From Bacillales bacterium (GTDB lineage: Bacteria; Bacillota_I; Bacilli_A; RFN20; CAG-288), in NCBI GenBank assembly GCA_021621525.1, contig JAJVUU010000001.1, positions 1 through 57,087 on the forward strand: a stretch of 57,087 bases of DNA, in the 5' to 3' direction. Both the position numbers and the translations under genes were made by a program. Positions 55,491 through 57,087 of the stretch are shown piece after piece (within the stretch, counting starts at the first letter, position 1; every line of letters starts with the position of its first letter). The notes beneath the pieces are model-generated. The model had not been told where the DNA came from. It did not search any database and worked only from the letters and a program-made list of their open reading frames with translations.

Positions 55491-56206
55491 GGTTAGACAA
55501 ATTCCTTTCCGTCCATGGTTTCGGCTCAAGACGTTCCAGCAAGAAGGTGCTGAAAAACAATTCCATCACCGTCAATGGTGAAATCGTCAAGGACTATACG
55601 ATGCAGATCAAGGGTAGCGATGTCATCATGGTCAACGGAAAGATGATTGCCAACACCCCTTATGTCGCCATGATTCTGAACAAACCATCCGGATACATGT
55701 GCTCGATGAAGGATGAAAATTACCCTTCCTGCATGAATCTGATTCCTGAAGAATACAGGGAAAGGATGCGTATGGTAGGAAGACTCGACCAGGATACCAC
55801 CGGTCTTCTGATCCTGACGGACAACGGGGTGCTCAACGCAAGGCTAGCCCATCCAAAGACACAAGTCAAAAAGACCTATCTTGCTACGGTCAACCATATC
55901 CTGAGACCGACACTGGTGGAACTCTGCAATCAGGAAATCGACATCGGCAGGGGTGAAACCGCAAGTCCATCCCAACTTGAAATCATCGATGAATACCACG
56001 GCTATCTCACTGTTTCCGAAGGGAAATACCATGAAGTGAAGCGAATTTTCGGTCACTTCAATTATGATGTCGTAGAATTGAAGAGGGTGAAATTCGGGCC
56101 TCTGGAATTAGGAGACCTCGAAGAAGGAAAGACAAAGATTCTTTCTGAAGAAGAATATGACGCTCTTCTTGACATCACCCGTCTGAAAAAGGAGGAACAA
56201 CTATGA
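55487..56206 (+). CDS. rRNA pseudouridine synthase (RsuA/RluB family) with N-terminal S4 domain
   Basis: 239 aa. The N-terminus is MRLDKFLSVHGFGSRR. The catalytic motif is GRLDQDTTGLLILTDNG, and KxY..V is present. Confidence 0.85.
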   Translation: MRLDKFLSVHGFGSRRSSKKVLKNNSITVNGEIVKDYTMQIKGSDVIMVNGKMIANTPYVAMILNKPSGYMCSMKDENYPSCMNLIPEEYRERMRMVGRLDQDTTGLLILTDNGVLNARLAHPKTQVKKTYLATVNHILRPTLVELCNQEIDIGRGETASPSQLEIIDEYHGYLTVSEGKYHEVKRIFGHFNYDVVELKRVKFGPLELGDLEEGKTKILSEEEYDALLDITRLKKEEQL

Positions 56207-56718
56207 ATATCATCTGTCCGAGATGCGGAAAGGACAACACAATTCCCTTTTCCGACATCAAAGATCATACCCATGGCTATGAATGCCAGGACTGCAAGAA
56301 GGATTTCGGTGTCGACGATGGAAAGAAACTCAAGGAATGGGAGGATGAGCTTACAGCCTTCTCCTATGAAAGAACCTTCAAGGATGGCAGCAAGAAAAAG
56401 CTGGTGATCAAGGATGACGGAAACGGAAAGATTCTTCTTTCACCATCCATCATCTATCCTGACAAAATAATGCAACCTATCCAACCACAGGATATCACGG
56501 CCAACTATCCAAACCTGAAGGAACTATTCTTCAAGAAGATCTTCATCCTCGATTGGAACAGAATCGGTGTAGGACTGCTCTTGGGAAAAGATGAGTCCTA
56601 TGAAATCCGCATGAAGTTCAAGACAAAGCCTGAGCTTTCCTTCTCCGGAACCAATTCCTTCCCACCCTATCTGAAGGTCCTGGATCAGCTTTTCGAACCA
56701 TTCTTTGAACTTCAGTGA
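56203..56718 (+). CDS. Hypothetical protein with N-terminal zinc ribbon
   Basis: 171 aa. The ribbon is CPRCGKDN...CQDCKKDF. The gene overlaps the rsuA-like stop by ATGA. Confidence 0.5.
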   Translation: MNIICPRCGKDNTIPFSDIKDHTHGYECQDCKKDFGVDDGKKLKEWEDELTAFSYERTFKDGSKKKLVIKDDGNGKILLSPSIIYPDKIMQPIQPQDITANYPNLKELFFKKIFILDWNRIGVGLLLGKDESYEIRMKFKTKPELSFSGTNSFPPYLKVLDQLFEPFFELQ

Positions 56719-56722
56719 CAAC

Positions 56723-57082
56723 ATGGATATCAATCAAAGCAAGATTCTCTCTGTCTACTTCTGGAAAAGAAGCCCGTCTTCCGTCGAAGAGATCGATGAG
56801 GTAAAAATCACCAGGGAAAAGAATACGTTCTCCTTCCACTGTGCACATGTTCCTGATAAAAAGGAGCAGGATTGTTTCTTTGCCAGGCTTGCTGAAATCA
56901 TCGATGACACCGAAGAAGAATATCGTGGAATGAAATACGAGGATGACAAATCCGACTTCAATCTGAAGTTTTATCTGGAAATCACCTTCAAGGATCATAC
57001 CTATCTTGCCATCAAAGGACTCTATCCCTTCGGCCAACCACATTTCAAAGACATCATCGACCTGTTCTCTTCCTTGATTTAG
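56723..57082 (+). CDS. Hypothetical protein sharing a C-terminal motif with the preceding gene
   Basis: 119 aa from ATG 56723 (alternative ATG at 56705). Its C-terminus ..ITFKDHTYLAIKGLYPFGQPHFKDIIDLFSSL parallels ..MKFKTKPELSFSGTNSFPPYLKVLDQLFEPFF in the preceding gene. Confidence 0.45.
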   Translation: MDINQSKILSVYFWKRSPSSVEEIDEVKITREKNTFSFHCAHVPDKKEQDCFFARLAEIIDDTEEEYRGMKYEDDKSDFNLKFYLEITFKDHTYLAIKGLYPFGQPHFKDIIDLFSSLI

Positions 57083-57087
57083 ACAAC

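Overview
This is a 57-kb chromosomal window from a low-GC Gram-positive bacterium. Gene order and protein features look like Bacillota related to Erysipelotrichia/Mollicutes. TGA is a genuine stop here, because RF2 is encoded with its programmed +1 frameshift. Most of the window is tightly packed housekeeping DNA. It holds tRNA-Val and tRNA-Ser, a complete F1Fo ATP synthase operon, dCMP deaminase, ecfA1-ecfA2-ecfT-truA, a CDP-alcohol phosphatidyltransferase, spx, TetR/DUF523, dus and fruR-fruK. It also holds a mutarotase, an exonuclease, a HAD hydrolase, S4/DivIC-like/tilS, a GH13 enzyme and rsuA. An 11-kb minus-strand block runs almost without gaps: secA-prfB-yitT-rdgB-(two zinc-ribbon membrane paralogs)-pth-mfd. 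Five parts are unusual. (1) The main candidate for an undescribed system lies at 26.9-36.0 kb on the minus strand. It is a translationally coupled cassette with its own promoter. It encodes a 114-aa protein, an M6-type (HETGH) lipoprotein metalloprotease, two collinear paralogous ~1,130-aa proteins, and an 82-aa basic Cys/His-rich protein. I could recognise no catalytic motif in the two large proteins. Each is built from four repeats of an 'LG(L/I)P ... LPF' module. A canonical sirtuin coupled to two small helical proteins sits directly upstream. (2) Two yybP-ykoY (Mn2+) riboswitch-like leaders occur in one locus, one before a CaCA antiporter and one before a P-type ATPase. (3) A decayed cluster of small proteins and lipoproteins contains an A7-tract frameshift and an in-frame TAG. 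(4) The 3' end of tRNA-Ser is present three times and brackets a YefM/YoeB module and an AAA ATPase gene. (5) There are single-gene oddities: a GH13 enzyme with Gly at the nucleophile position, an Spx with a Cys-rich tail, and a lipoprotein-type AtpF. All functional calls come from recognising motifs by eye in the supplied translations. No database search or folding was possible. No CRISPR array, IS element, integrase or rRNA was seen.
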